A stretch of 21,422 bases of DNA from Promethearchaeota archaeon (GTDB lineage Archaea; Asgardarchaeota; Lokiarchaeia; Sigyniarchaeales; SOKP01): NCBI GenBank assembly GCA_048938445.1, contig JBHLME010000078.1, forward strand, positions 1 through 21,422. The letters are read 5' to 3'. The position numbers and the translations under genes were made by a program. Within the stretch, counting starts at the first letter, position 1. Every line of letters starts with the position of its first letter. Below the pieces are notes generated by a model. The model saw only the letters and a list, made by a program, of their open reading frames with translations. It was not told where the DNA came from and did not search any database. Shown piece by piece: positions 1 through 9,462 of the stretch.

Positions 1-97
1 GTTTAATACGTTTTTGAATAGCAAAGAATACGATAAGGATTAAAAATGTAAGGAAAGCTCCAATAAAAATTAATGAATATAAAGCATTATAGCTCAT
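1..97 (-). CDS. 5' part of a membrane or secreted protein gene running off the window edge
   Basis: Manual translation from ATG at 97 gives MSYNALYSLIFIGAFLTFLILIVFFAIQKRIK with no stop before position 1. This is a hydrophobic helix followed by basic residues. A GGGGT lies just upstream on the minus strand. Not in the ORF track. Confidence 0.6.
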   Translation of the reverse strand, partial: MSYNALYSLIFIGAFLTFLILIVFFAIQKRIK

Positions 98-346
98 GTT
101 TTTACCCCATAAAAATACAAATCATTTTATAAAATATGTTTTTAAAAATAGCTCAATAGAGAGAATTATTTTTCCTTAATAATATTTATTTTATAGATTA
201 ATAAGGATATATAATATCATAATTATATTTCACAAATGTCTTTAATTCAATGATGTTCCATATAACTATATGAAAAGAGATAAATATGATTCAATAATGT
301 GAATAATGATTTGTTAAGAAAAAAATAATAAAAGGAAGTAGTTGTT

Positions 347-1846
347 TTGGAAATAAATGTAAAAGAACTTGGAAAACTATCAGAGTTTTGGGAATATTTT
401 GAGAAAATTTCGAAAATACCACGTTGTTCTGGCAGAGAGGCTAAAATAAGAGAATTTATTCAAAATGAAGCATCAACATTCAATTTTCACACCAAAACTG
501 ACAATGTAGGAAATTTATTAGTGAAAATACCCATTAAAAATATAAAAAAAGATCAAAAAAAAGTCTGCTTACAATGTCACTTGGATATGGTATGCGAAAA
601 AAATAAAGCCTATGAACATGATTTTTTAAAAGATCCCTTGAAACTTAAATTAATTAAAATTGATGATGAAAAATGGCTAACTGCCGAAGGAACTACATTG
701 GGTGCCGATAATGGAGTAGGAATCGCATATTGCTTGATAATAATGAAAAAATTAAGCACTGGTGAGATTAATCTAGGGAAAATAGATTTAAGTTTTCTAT
801 TTACTGTTGAGGAAGAATCAGGACTTTTAGGTGCATTTAATATAGACAGAAATCTCATCGATTGCGATTATTTAATCAATTTAGATTCTGAAAATGATGA
901 AACCCTCACAATTGGATGTGCAGGGGGCACTAATACTTTTGGATCACTTGAATATGAACCCGATAATGTTAATGAAACCATGAAAGAGAGTGTACCATAT
1001 AAATTATCTATAACTGGATTAATCGGAGGTCATTCTGGCGTAGATATCCATAGGGGTAGAATAAATGCGATTAAATTGATTGGTAGGATTTTACATGAAA
1101 GTGATTTATCAAAGATTTCTCTCCATTCGATAAGGGGTGGAAATCGTACAAATGCAATTCCAAGAGAAACTGAAGTGATATTCTTTTTAGACAGAAAAAA
1201 TATTAATGAATTCATTTCTTCGCTAGAGCAATTAATTTCATCTATTAAACAAGAATTAAGAAAGACTGAACCAAATCTGCAAATTTCCTTAATCGAACTT
1301 AATAATTTTCAAGAAAATCATATTATACCCGATTTAATTAAAAATAAATTAATAACGCTCATTCATACCCTTCCCAATGGTCCAATTTCAATGCATCCTA
1401 AATTTTCAAATTTAGTCCATACTTCTACAAATTTAGCATCAATTAATATAGATGAGCACATGATCGATATCAAGACAAAACAGAGAAGTTTAGAGGAAAT
1501 TTCCAAAATAGAGATACGTGAAAAAATAAAAGCAGAATTTGAAGCAACAAATTTAAACTTTGAAATTAAATTTGAGGCAGATTATCCCGGGTGGAATCCA
1601 AATTTTAATTCAAATTTGCTAATTAAAGCAAAAGAAAAATATAATGAATTATTTCATAAAGAAGCTTTGGTAAACGTAGTTCATGCGGGTCTTGAATGTG
1701 GGATTTTAAAAAGACATTTTCCAGATATAGATATGATTTCATTTGGTCCAACAACTAAAGATGCTCATTCACCAGATGAATCCCTTCAGATCAAGAGTAT
1801 ACAAAAAATTTGGCAGTTTTTAATTGCCTTAATAAAATTGTTATAA
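347..1846 (+). CDS. pepD: Aminoacyl-histidine (Xaa-His) dipeptidase, peptidase M20C
   Basis: Motifs LQCHLDMVCEK, GTTLGADNGVG, FTVEEESGLLGA, INLDSE, GGHSGVDIHRGRINAIK, YPGWNP, HAGLECG and HSPDE are typical of PepD. TTG start with AGGAAG upstream. Confidence 0.93.
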   Translation: MEINVKELGKLSEFWEYFEKISKIPRCSGREAKIREFIQNEASTFNFHTKTDNVGNLLVKIPIKNIKKDQKKVCLQCHLDMVCEKNKAYEHDFLKDPLKLKLIKIDDEKWLTAEGTTLGADNGVGIAYCLIIMKKLSTGEINLGKIDLSFLFTVEEESGLLGAFNIDRNLIDCDYLINLDSENDETLTIGCAGGTNTFGSLEYEPDNVNETMKESVPYKLSITGLIGGHSGVDIHRGRINAIKLIGRILHESDLSKISLHSIRGGNRTNAIPRETEVIFFLDRKNINEFISSLEQLISSIKQELRKTEPNLQISLIELNNFQENHIIPDLIKNKLITLIHTLPNGPISMHPKFSNLVHTSTNLASINIDEHMIDIKTKQRSLEEISKIEIREKIKAEFEATNLNFEIKFEADYPGWNPNFNSNLLIKAKEKYNELFHKEALVNVVHAGLECGILKRHFPDIDMISFGPTTKDAHSPDESLQIKSIQKIWQFLIALIKLL

Positions 1847-1858
1847 AAATTAATTATC

Positions 1859-1864
1859 TTTTTT
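1859..1864 (+). terminator. Possible archaeal oligo-T terminator after pepD
   Basis: T6 run 12 nt after the stop codon. Weak evidence in an AT-rich genome. Confidence 0.25.
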
Positions 1865-1956
1865 AATTGAATTTAAATTTATAACCGAAGGTGTAATGTT
1901 TTTATTTCATTTTAAATATTAAAATTTAAAATTACGAACATCTCAAAAAGAAAAAA

Positions 1957-2973
1957 TTGATTTTTATGAAATATAAGATCAATATAGCAGAAAATAAATC
2001 AGAAATAATAACTATTATATTATTATTATTATTATCATTAATAACGTTAGTTAGACCATTTTTTTATGCCGATGCGGATATCCATGATTCCGTACGCTAT
2101 GCTCTAATGGTAGAATTCTTTCGAGGGAATGTTTCGATTGATACTATCAATTATTTCTGGCGAACGAATCCTTTAGTAACATTTCTTGCATCTCTATTAC
2201 CTTTTGAAGCAATGCTAAGTATGGATATTATAAGCTTGATTTTTCACCTTCTTTCAGTCTTTTTTTTCTATAAATTCTTACAAAATTTGGAGGTTAATCA
2301 TAAATTACATATTTTGGGTACTTTAATATATATTTTTTCCGCTCCAACAATCGTACTTGGTTTTACACCACTTACTGATTCCGCAGGAATGTTTTTTGTT
2401 ATTTTTACCCTTTATCTTCACGAAAAATTAGACAAAACACCTAGAAACTCGATATTAATAGGAATTACGATAGCAGTTGGAATTATTGCTAGAGATACGC
2501 TTCTAGTTATGATACCTATCTTTATAATATGGAAAATCATTGATGAGGGAATTCATTGGAAAGATTTAATACTCTATATAATCTACATTTCATTAATCCC
2601 TTTACTAACCTATTTAATACTTAAAATTCTTGTAGATTTTCAATTCTTGTTCAATACCATCACATTCAACATACCAGATATAATTAAAAATTTTGAAGAT
2701 TTGCGTGAAGAAAGAACGTTAGCAACAATAGCTCAATTAACTTTGATATTATTAACAGGATTATATGCAAACCTTTCTAAGATCTTTAAATTTTCAAAGC
2801 AGATTTGGAAATTATTAATAGGAATGTCATTATTTTTAATTCCTTGGATTTATGCATTTATTTATGCGGACATGTCATTTAGATTCTTTTGGCAATTTTT
2901 CGTTTTCGCAATACCTCTTCTTATTTTAGGTATTCAAGAATTTAATAGAAATTCCAAAGAAGCAATTGAATAA
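1957..2973 (+). CDS. Polytopic membrane glycosyltransferase, GT-C fold (PMT_2/ArnT/GT39-like)
   Basis: About 8-10 hydrophobic segments. Acidic first external loop (DADIHDSVRY) followed by NPL, plus PLTDS and ARD motifs at GT-C-like positions. The true start may be ATG 1966. Confidence 0.65.
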   Translation: MIFMKYKINIAENKSEIITIILLLLLSLITLVRPFFYADADIHDSVRYALMVEFFRGNVSIDTINYFWRTNPLVTFLASLLPFEAMLSMDIISLIFHLLSVFFFYKFLQNLEVNHKLHILGTLIYIFSAPTIVLGFTPLTDSAGMFFVIFTLYLHEKLDKTPRNSILIGITIAVGIIARDTLLVMIPIFIIWKIIDEGIHWKDLILYIIYISLIPLLTYLILKILVDFQFLFNTITFNIPDIIKNFEDLREERTLATIAQLTLILLTGLYANLSKIFKFSKQIWKLLIGMSLFLIPWIYAFIYADMSFRFFWQFFVFAIPLLILGIQEFNRNSKEAIE

Positions 2974-3018
2974 AAAATTATATTTCTTTTTTAAATAATT
3001 CTAGTAAAGACAATCTAT

Positions 3019-3825
3019 TTAGAAAATTTCACTTATTTTTAACCTGATATCTTCGAAATCATCATCGAAAACACATTCATGATCCATATCTTCGATTATT
3101 ATCAATTTTGGTGTTAAATTACTATTATTAAATATATTTTCAACTTCAGATATAGGAGTTACTTTATCTTTTTTTCCAATTATTATAATTAAGTCCTTAT
3201 TTTTTAACTTTTTAACAACTTTTTTAATTTTAAAATCACTTTTAGATAACTCTTTTTTAGTCATCTTTAAAAAATTTATAATGTCATTTATTCCCTTAAC
3301 ACTTCCAGGTAAGAAAGTATTTATATAGTTAATAGAATTAATAAACGCATCACTATTTACATGTCTTTCCAAATCTAAAATTGGACTAATCAATACTAAT
3401 CTATTTATAAGTTTGATTTTCGAACAAGTTATTAAACCAATATATGCCCCAAAATTACACGCAATTATATTAACGTTATTTAGTTTAAAATGTGAATATT
3501 CACCCATCCTTAAAATAAAATCAATAATTTTATTAGCATCAGAAACTTGATTCTTTATTGAAATTTGACCCTCACTGTTTTTATAACCCCTAAAATTAAA
3601 TATCAATAACGCATATCCTTTATTTAAAAGAAAATTGTAATGATGTGCTATATCTTGGAAGGTAAATAATTGGGGAAATCCATGAAAATAAATTAATATT
3701 GGATGAGGTTTCTTAAATTTTTTGGGGGGAAAATAAATCACTCCTTTAATTTTTTGATGCTCATTTTCAATTTCTAATCCTGCAACCTCGTATTCCCCAT
3801 CATAACGTTTGTTTTCAAATTCCAT
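3019..3825 (-). CDS. Alpha/beta-hydrolase fold protein with a non-canonical nucleophile elbow
   Basis: LIYFHGFP oxyanion loop, FNFRGYKNSEG, acid residue in GKKDKVT and His in DMDHEC. The elbow reads A-C-N-F-G instead of G-x-S-x-G. Confidence 0.85.
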   Translation of the reverse strand: MEFENKRYDGEYEVAGLEIENEHQKIKGVIYFPPKKFKKPHPILIYFHGFPQLFTFQDIAHHYNFLLNKGYALLIFNFRGYKNSEGQISIKNQVSDANKIIDFILRMGEYSHFKLNNVNIIACNFGAYIGLITCSKIKLINRLVLISPILDLERHVNSDAFINSINYINTFLPGSVKGINDIINFLKMTKKELSKSDFKIKKVVKKLKNKDLIIIIGKKDKVTPISEVENIFNNSNLTPKLIIIEDMDHECVFDDDFEDIRLKISEIF

Positions 3826-3894
3826 TGTTCAAATATCGAGTATTATTTATAAAATAAAAAATTTTATCTGATTTTTAATATTTTATAAAATGAA

Positions 3895-4740
3895 ATGAAA
3901 TTACAGGACTGGCATACACATAGTGCTCTATGTCGTCACGCAACTGGAACTCTTGAAGATTATGTAAAATCTGGAATTCAACGAGGATTGGAAACAATCG
4001 CATTCAATGATCATTTCCCATATGAGTTCTATTCAGGTATCGAAAACGTTCCTTATCAAGAATATTCCATGAGCTTGGATGAAATAGACTACTATCTTTC
4101 TACGGCAAGAGAGTTGAAAAAAAAGTATGAAAAAAGGATTAATATAAAAATTGGTTTTGAGATTGAATTCATTGATGACCAAGTAAATTCCCTTAATCTT
4201 CACTTAAATAAAGTGAAATCCGAAATAGATTTCATTTTTGGATCAGTTCACGTGCTCAACTCAAGAAAAGGATTATGGCCTATGGATGATAGCAGATTTG
4301 TTGAAGTATTTGAAGAAATAGGTATCGATGAGGTATATCAGTTATTTTACCAACATCTAAGGAAAATGATACAATCAAAAGCATTTGATTTTGATATTGT
4401 ATCTCATTTTGATTTACCAAAAAAATTTAATAAAATACCTAATGATAAGGAGCAGTTTTGGGAAGAGGTTGCTAAAACATTAGAACTCATTAAACATAGG
4501 AACTTAACTATGGAAATTAATACTTCTGGATTTCGAAAGGATGTTAAAGAACAATATCCAAGCACGGATATTATTAAGATGATGTATAAACTAGAAATTC
4601 CTATATTATTGGGTTCTGATGCCCACGCTCCAGAAGAAGTAGGTTGGGAATTTAATAAAATGATATTAATAATTAAAGATATAGGATATAATCAATTAGC
4701 ACATTATTCTAAGAGAAAAAGAACGTTCATAGAAATATAA
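3895..4740 (+). CDS. hisK: Histidinol-phosphatase, PHP family (HisK/HisJ type)
   Basis: Motifs DWHTHSALCRHA, FNDHFP, GFEIEF, GSVH, SHFDLPKKF, EINTSGFRK and GSDAHAP. Confidence 0.88.
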   Translation: MKLQDWHTHSALCRHATGTLEDYVKSGIQRGLETIAFNDHFPYEFYSGIENVPYQEYSMSLDEIDYYLSTARELKKKYEKRINIKIGFEIEFIDDQVNSLNLHLNKVKSEIDFIFGSVHVLNSRKGLWPMDDSRFVEVFEEIGIDEVYQLFYQHLRKMIQSKAFDFDIVSHFDLPKKFNKIPNDKEQFWEEVAKTLELIKHRNLTMEINTSGFRKDVKEQYPSTDIIKMMYKLEIPILLGSDAHAPEEVGWEFNKMILIIKDIGYNQLAHYSKRKRTFIEI

Positions 4741-4764
4741 TAAAAAAAGAAGAAAATCCTTAAA

Positions 4765-5481
4765 ATGAATGAAAAAAAATACGATGTATGCGAAATATGT
4801 GGAAAAATGTTAGAATATTCTACGAGCTTAGAAAATTATAGGGAACTATCATGTTTTTTCTGTAAAAAAAAGTTTTCAGCAAATATTTTCTGTCCTGCTG
4901 ACCATTATATCTGTGATAAGTGTCATTCAAAAGGTTCAATAAATATTATTGAGGAGTTTTGTGAGCAAACAGATTTAAAAGATCCCTTTTTAATTGCAGA
5001 TATTCTAATGCAACATCCAAAATTTAAAGTATATGGCCCAGAACATCACGTGCTCGTTCCTGCAGTTATTATAACAGCATTAAAGAATAATGGCATAAAA
5101 AAACCAAGTGGCGAGGAAATTACTACTTTAGATTTAAAAGAAGCAATTAAAAGAGCTTCAAAAATACCTGGTGGTTGGTGTGGTTTTTATGGTTCATGTG
5201 GTGCTGGAATGGGTTCCGGAGTAGCGATGAGTATTTTCACGAATGCCACACCTGCCAAAGATATACCACGCACGTTAGCAAATAAAATGACTTCAAGAGC
5301 ATTAATTAATATAGCGGATAATTTAGAACATTGCTGCAAAAGATCGGTCAGAATTTCTATAATCCAATTCTTAAAGTTTTTGAATGAAGAGTTCTCTATA
5401 GATTTAAAATATAACCCTAAAAAGTGTAATTTTTCATCTTTGAACGATAAATGTGAAAAAAGTAAATGCTTATTCTTTTAA
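4765..5481 (+). CDS. Cys-rich protein, DUF5714-like, with N-terminal CxxC zinc-binding clusters
   Basis: 15 Cys. CEIC, CFFC and CxxxHYICDKCH at the N-terminus, then GPEHHVLVP, GGWCGFYGSCGAG and CCKR. Lies 24 bp after hisK, so probably co-transcribed. Confidence 0.75.
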   Translation: MNEKKYDVCEICGKMLEYSTSLENYRELSCFFCKKKFSANIFCPADHYICDKCHSKGSINIIEEFCEQTDLKDPFLIADILMQHPKFKVYGPEHHVLVPAVIITALKNNGIKKPSGEEITTLDLKEAIKRASKIPGGWCGFYGSCGAGMGSGVAMSIFTNATPAKDIPRTLANKMTSRALINIADNLEHCCKRSVRISIIQFLKFLNEEFSIDLKYNPKKCNFSSLNDKCEKSKCLFF

Positions 5482-5502
5482 AATTATTGCGATGATATTA
5501 AA

Positions 5503-6285
5503 TTATAACTTCATTGAAGTTAAAAGTTCTCCTTCTTTGATGAAAATTTGGTAAAAATTGCGTGATTCTTCCTTAAACATTAAGAATTTTTCAGTAGTTT
5601 TATAGGCTAACCATAAAAAATCATGGTACCGAGAATTGAGATTTTTGCTCAATGCATTTAATAATATCATCTCTAATTCTTTTATAGTATATTCTCCTTC
5701 TAGTTCAATATAATCTTTATGATTTATTTCAATCCAATCCTCATCTTCACGATAATGCCTTATGCTATTTTTCCATTTATCCAAGTTTGGGACTAGTTTA
5801 TAGTGAGCACCATCTATATTCAAGAAAGATTGATCTTTTTCATTATCATAAACAATATTAATGTCAAAATCCAATATTAATCCATATTCAGATTTTAACT
5901 TTTTCTTCCAATCTAACAAGGAATTCTGATAATGAGCTACATTCCAATGTTTTGGGGCGGTTTCTTTTATAAATTCTCTTGGTGATATGAACTTTTTTTT
6001 CTCTGCTAATTCTATTTTTTTTTTTTCCTCATTTAGAGATTCATTAATACCATCTATCTCTTGTTTTAATATTCTTGTGAACTCTGGATTGACTCCTTTC
6101 TTAGGAATATCTTCTGTAGCAGAATAAATATCAGGTCTTTGAATTTTTTTAGAGAGACTTAGAAATGATACTATTGCATTAGAGATATTATCGAAATACG
6201 TATCTTCACCAACTATGTTTGTTTTAGGTTTCTTTAATGGAGCATCAGGTTGTATAGAGGTGAAATTACTATGTCTTGTAACCAT
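5503..6285 (-). CDS. Hypothetical protein
   Basis: 260-codon ORF filling the gap between neighbours. Apparently disordered N-terminus, short coiled coil and aromatic-rich C-terminal domain. No family recognised. Confidence 0.7.
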   Translation of the reverse strand: MVTRHSNFTSIQPDAPLKKPKTNIVGEDTYFDNISNAIVSFLSLSKKIQRPDIYSATEDIPKKGVNPEFTRILKQEIDGINESLNEEKKKIELAEKKKFISPREFIKETAPKHWNVAHYQNSLLDWKKKLKSEYGLILDFDINIVYDNEKDQSFLNIDGAHYKLVPNLDKWKNSIRHYREDEDWIEINHKDYIELEGEYTIKELEMILLNALSKNLNSRYHDFLWLAYKTTEKFLMFKEESRNFYQIFIKEGELLTSMKL

Positions 6286-6430
6286 TTTTAATCAAAATTT
6301 CCTTAATAAATTAAAATTATTTAATGAAAAAATTTTAAGATTTACTTAAAAATATAAGTAATACTAACGTAATATGACAGAAATGTTCAATTTAAATTTC
6401 TCTCCCTTTGAGAAAAATAGAAGATATAAA

Positions 6431-7939
6431 TTAAAATTCCGGAATGAGTAGAATGAAATTGCTACCTTTTAAGTGATTATTTTTAATTCTATTCTCTACC
6501 CAAATCTTTCCTTTATAGCTTTTTATCACTTCATTAACTAAGGATAATCCAATACCCATTCCTTTACCAATTTTTGGCTTTTTTGTTGTTCGATTAAATA
6601 TCTGCTTCTTTTTTTCATCGGTTATTCCAAATCCATTATCCTGAAACTCAACTTTTAAATAATTTATATCATTTTTTTTCTCTTTAGATACTTTAATTAA
6701 AATCTCAATGATTTCGTTATTATTGTATTTTATAGCATTATTTAAAAGATTTTCAAACACGTCTGAAAGTAAATGATTTGCCTTGGCAAATAATTTTTCA
6801 TTTGGAATATCCACATCAATTGTAATTTTCCTTGAAGGATTACTTTCCAAAATAAATTCAATTACTTCATCTATAAATAAACCAACATCAATCTTTTCCA
6901 GCTCAATGTCTACATTATCTACTTGTGATAATTTAATAACATTTGACATTAACTTTTTTCCTCGTTCAATCGCCTTTCGAGTCAAAAGTAAATTTTCCTT
7001 TAAAGTACATTGTTTATCTAAATAAAGCTCCATTGACATATTGATTACATTTAAAATATTACCAAAATCATGAAGAAAAAGATTTTTATAAAATTCTGAT
7101 TTTTCAAAGGCTATTTTAAATTTTTCTTTTGACTCTTTTAATAGATTTTCTGATAATTTTCTAGTGGTGATGTCATGAGTAAAGATAGCTATTCTATCCA
7201 CTAATCCCTGATTGTTCATAATAGGATGTAATGAAATTTCTAAATGAGTACCTGAAATATCTATATCAAAAATTATAATTTTTCCTGAACGAATAGCTTC
7301 TTCCTTTTGAATATCAATATAATCAGCTAAATCAGAGGGCATAAAATTATAAATACTATTCCCGATCATCTCATCTATGTTCTTACGTGCATTTTTAGCT
7401 GCCTTTTCATTAATATCAATAATTATTCCATCTATGTCTATTAACATTATTTCATCGATGGTATTATTGAGGAGAATTCTTGCAGTATCTTGTTGAACTT
7501 GCTGAAGATTTATGGAATTATTATTATTATTATTCGTAAAATCTTGAACCAAACATATAATATATTCAACATTTCCTTTTTGATCTAGCTTTGGCATTCT
7601 AACAATTGATAAACGTCTTACCTCTTGCTCCTTATTTTTTATCCAAATTTCCGAAAATGTTCTTTTTTTATTTTCAAATACTTCTCTATTGCCCTTGATT
7701 AATAATTGGGTCTCTTCTTCACTCAAAATTGAATCTATAGATTTTCCATTTAAAGATTTTTTATCAACTCCAAAAAATTCAGCACTTGCTTTATTTACTA
7801 ATCCAAATCTATGGGGTTCTCTTACATACCACACTTGAGTTTCAATATTATCGATAAGTTGTGCTTGTTCTCTTGAGAGTTCAAAGATCTCTTGTCCTTC
7901 GATTTTATTTAAGTCATGAGGGGTACTATCTTGGGCCAT
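6431..7939 (-). CDS. Cytoplasmic PAS-PAS sensor histidine kinase (HisKA + HATPase_c)
   Basis: Two PAS domains (VNKASAEFFG...QDFT; INEKAA...HDIT). H-box FLHDFGNILN, N-box FENLLNNAIKY, G1 DNGFGI and G2 GMGIGL. No TM helix. Confidence 0.93.
   Translation of the reverse strand: MAQDSTPHDLNKIEGQEIFELSREQAQLIDNIETQVWYVREPHRFGLVNKASAEFFGVDKKSLNGKSIDSILSEEETQLLIKGNREVFENKKRTFSEIWIKNKEQEVRRLSIVRMPKLDQKGNVEYIICLVQDFTNNNNNNSINLQQVQQDTARILLNNTIDEIMLIDIDGIIIDINEKAAKNARKNIDEMIGNSIYNFMPSDLADYIDIQKEEAIRSGKIIIFDIDISGTHLEISLHPIMNNQGLVDRIAIFTHDITTRKLSENLLKESKEKFKIAFEKSEFYKNLFLHDFGNILNVINMSMELYLDKQCTLKENLLLTRKAIERGKKLMSNVIKLSQVDNVDIELEKIDVGLFIDEVIEFILESNPSRKITIDVDIPNEKLFAKANHLLSDVFENLLNNAIKYNNNEIIEILIKVSKEKKNDINYLKVEFQDNGFGITDEKKKQIFNRTTKKPKIGKGMGIGLSLVNEVIKSYKGKIWVENRIKNNHLKGSNFILLIPEF
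7517..7534. repeat. (ATT)6 / (AAT)6 trinucleotide microsatellite encoding Asn6
   Basis: Seen directly, in the PAS1-PAS2 linker of the kinase (FTNNNNNNSI). Confidence 0.9.
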
Positions 7940-7942
7940 TCA

Positions 7943-7954
7943 TTCGAGCTCGAA
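7943..7954. promoter_or_regulatory. Perfect 12-bp palindrome TTCGAGCTCGAA, candidate operator
   Basis: Self-complementary, 50% GC in a very AT-rich intergenic region, 3 nt upstream of the kinase ATG. Function is inferred. Confidence 0.35.
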
Positions 7955-8131
7955 AAAATTATTAGATCTTATAAAATAATTAACTTACTATTTAAAAAAA
8001 ATACATAATATCTCTATAATAAACTATATTTTTGTCGAATTTCCATTCTAACGTATAATAATTTAAACTTAAATAACTATAATCTAAATATTAAAACTTT
8101 TTAGCATTAGTGCTACAAATCAAGCAATCTA

Positions 8132-8422
8132 TTAAATAATTTCTTTTTTTAAGCGAGATAATATAATTTTTTTCTCTAATTGATTGCATTGTTTAATATC
8201 ATTTCCAAAATTACTGTATACATCCGCTGGATGATCATCATAAAGAGACAATATTAAAATTAAAGCATTTTTTATAAAATTTAAATCATTCCGACATTGA
8301 GACTGCTTGATAATTTTAATTATCGATCTACTTTTAAATAATTCTTTATCAATATTTTCTTTATTTCTATTCTCTAAATAACAATCAATAATTTTTGAAT
8401 AGCAACTTGATTCAGCATTCAA
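8132..8422 (-). CDS. Small hypothetical protein, probably helical
   Basis: 96-codon ORF with TTG start and AGGA upstream, in an otherwise empty region and co-oriented with neighbours. Confidence 0.55.
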   Translation of the reverse strand: MNAESSCYSKIIDCYLENRNKENIDKELFKSRSIIKIIKQSQCRNDLNFIKNALILILSLYDDHPADVYSNFGNDIKQCNQLEKKIILSRLKKEII

Positions 8423-8606
8423 TTTAATTTCCTATATGTTGTATAATTTTAGAATAAATCAATAATTTATGATTAAATAGACAGTTTTTATATTGTAGTA
8501 ATATGCATGTATTTTTATGAAAACCCTTATTGATAAAACCGTTTTAAAAATCAATGATTTGTTCATTAAAAAAGAGGAATTATAATAGCTAAGCAAAGTT
8601 TCAATA

Positions 8607-9386
8607 TTAATCTAATTTACGACCACGTAGCCAAGCTTCCATTGTAAATGAGTTAAACAATTTAATATGATTAGAGTCCTTTGTATGCACTACTAAAAAA
8701 TTATTATCTTTGCTTCCTATAACTGCAAATAATAATTCTGCACCGTCACGATTTATAGAAAATCTATCTTCACCAGAATAATTTCTTAGTGAAATATTAT
8801 CTAAACTTTGAAATTCTTCTAATAAATTTGATTGATCTCCCTTTCCAGTGTCAATAGAACAAGAGATTTTTAAGCTTACAGAAGATCTAACTTCGTATAA
8901 ATATAATTCTTGTAGATCTTCTAAAGAAGGGACAGTGATCATCACATTATGTTTACCTTCCTGTAAAATTTCTCTCATTTTAGTCAGTATGTCATCTTTA
9001 GAAAGTTTAGCATTAGTATAATCGATAATTTTTGATCTTGAAGGTGCTGATTTTCTAAGGGTTTCATTTTCCATTTCAAGTTGTTCTAAGTCCTTATCGG
9101 CCTTAGCTAATTCTTCGTTTAATATATCCACTTTTTTCTGAAGCATAGCATTCTCAGAAAGCAATTTTTTGAGTTCTTCTTGAATTTTTTCAATCTCTTT
9201 ATTTGTTTCTTCTATAACTCGAATCTTTTCTTCTTTAATTTTTAATGAAGTTTCTAAAGTTTTAACATGTTCATCTTTCAAACTTAATGAATCTTTTAGA
9301 GTATTAATATTCTCTTGAAGTGTTTTTATCAGACTTTTCTTTGTTTCAAGTTGTTTCTTCAATTCTTCTTCCATATTGTTAATCAC
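8607..9386 (-). CDS. Coiled-coil protein with a C-terminal TrmB-effector/PLD-like alpha/beta domain
   Basis: About 105 residues of E/K/L heptads, then a globular domain (ILQEGKHNVMITVP...RDGAELLF...FTMEAW) resembling TrmB/PLD-fold domains, with no HKD motif. Likely start is ATG 9374. Confidence 0.6.
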   Translation of the reverse strand: MINNMEEELKKQLETKKSLIKTLQENINTLKDSLSLKDEHVKTLETSLKIKEEKIRVIEETNKEIEKIQEELKKLLSENAMLQKKVDILNEELAKADKDLEQLEMENETLRKSAPSRSKIIDYTNAKLSKDDILTKMREILQEGKHNVMITVPSLEDLQELYLYEVRSSVSLKISCSIDTGKGDQSNLLEEFQSLDNISLRNYSGEDRFSINRDGAELLFAVIGSKDNNFLVVHTKDSNHIKLFNSFTMEAWLRGRKLD

Positions 9387-9462
9387 AGTAAAAGGTTTTT
9401 TTTTATATTGCTAACAATAATTAAAAAACTAATATATTTTAAATGTACTACTATATAAAATT

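Noticed and set aside
2020-2034. (TTA)5 repeat in the glycosyltransferase gene
   Set aside because: It simply encodes a Leu run in a TM helix using the preferred AT-rich codon.
8102-8555. Short inverted repeats TAGCA-N4-TGCTA (8102-8115) and TAAAAC-C-GTTTTA (8534-8546)
   Set aside because: Arms of 5-6 bp are expected by chance in such AT-rich DNA. Neither has a properly placed U-tract or a second copy.
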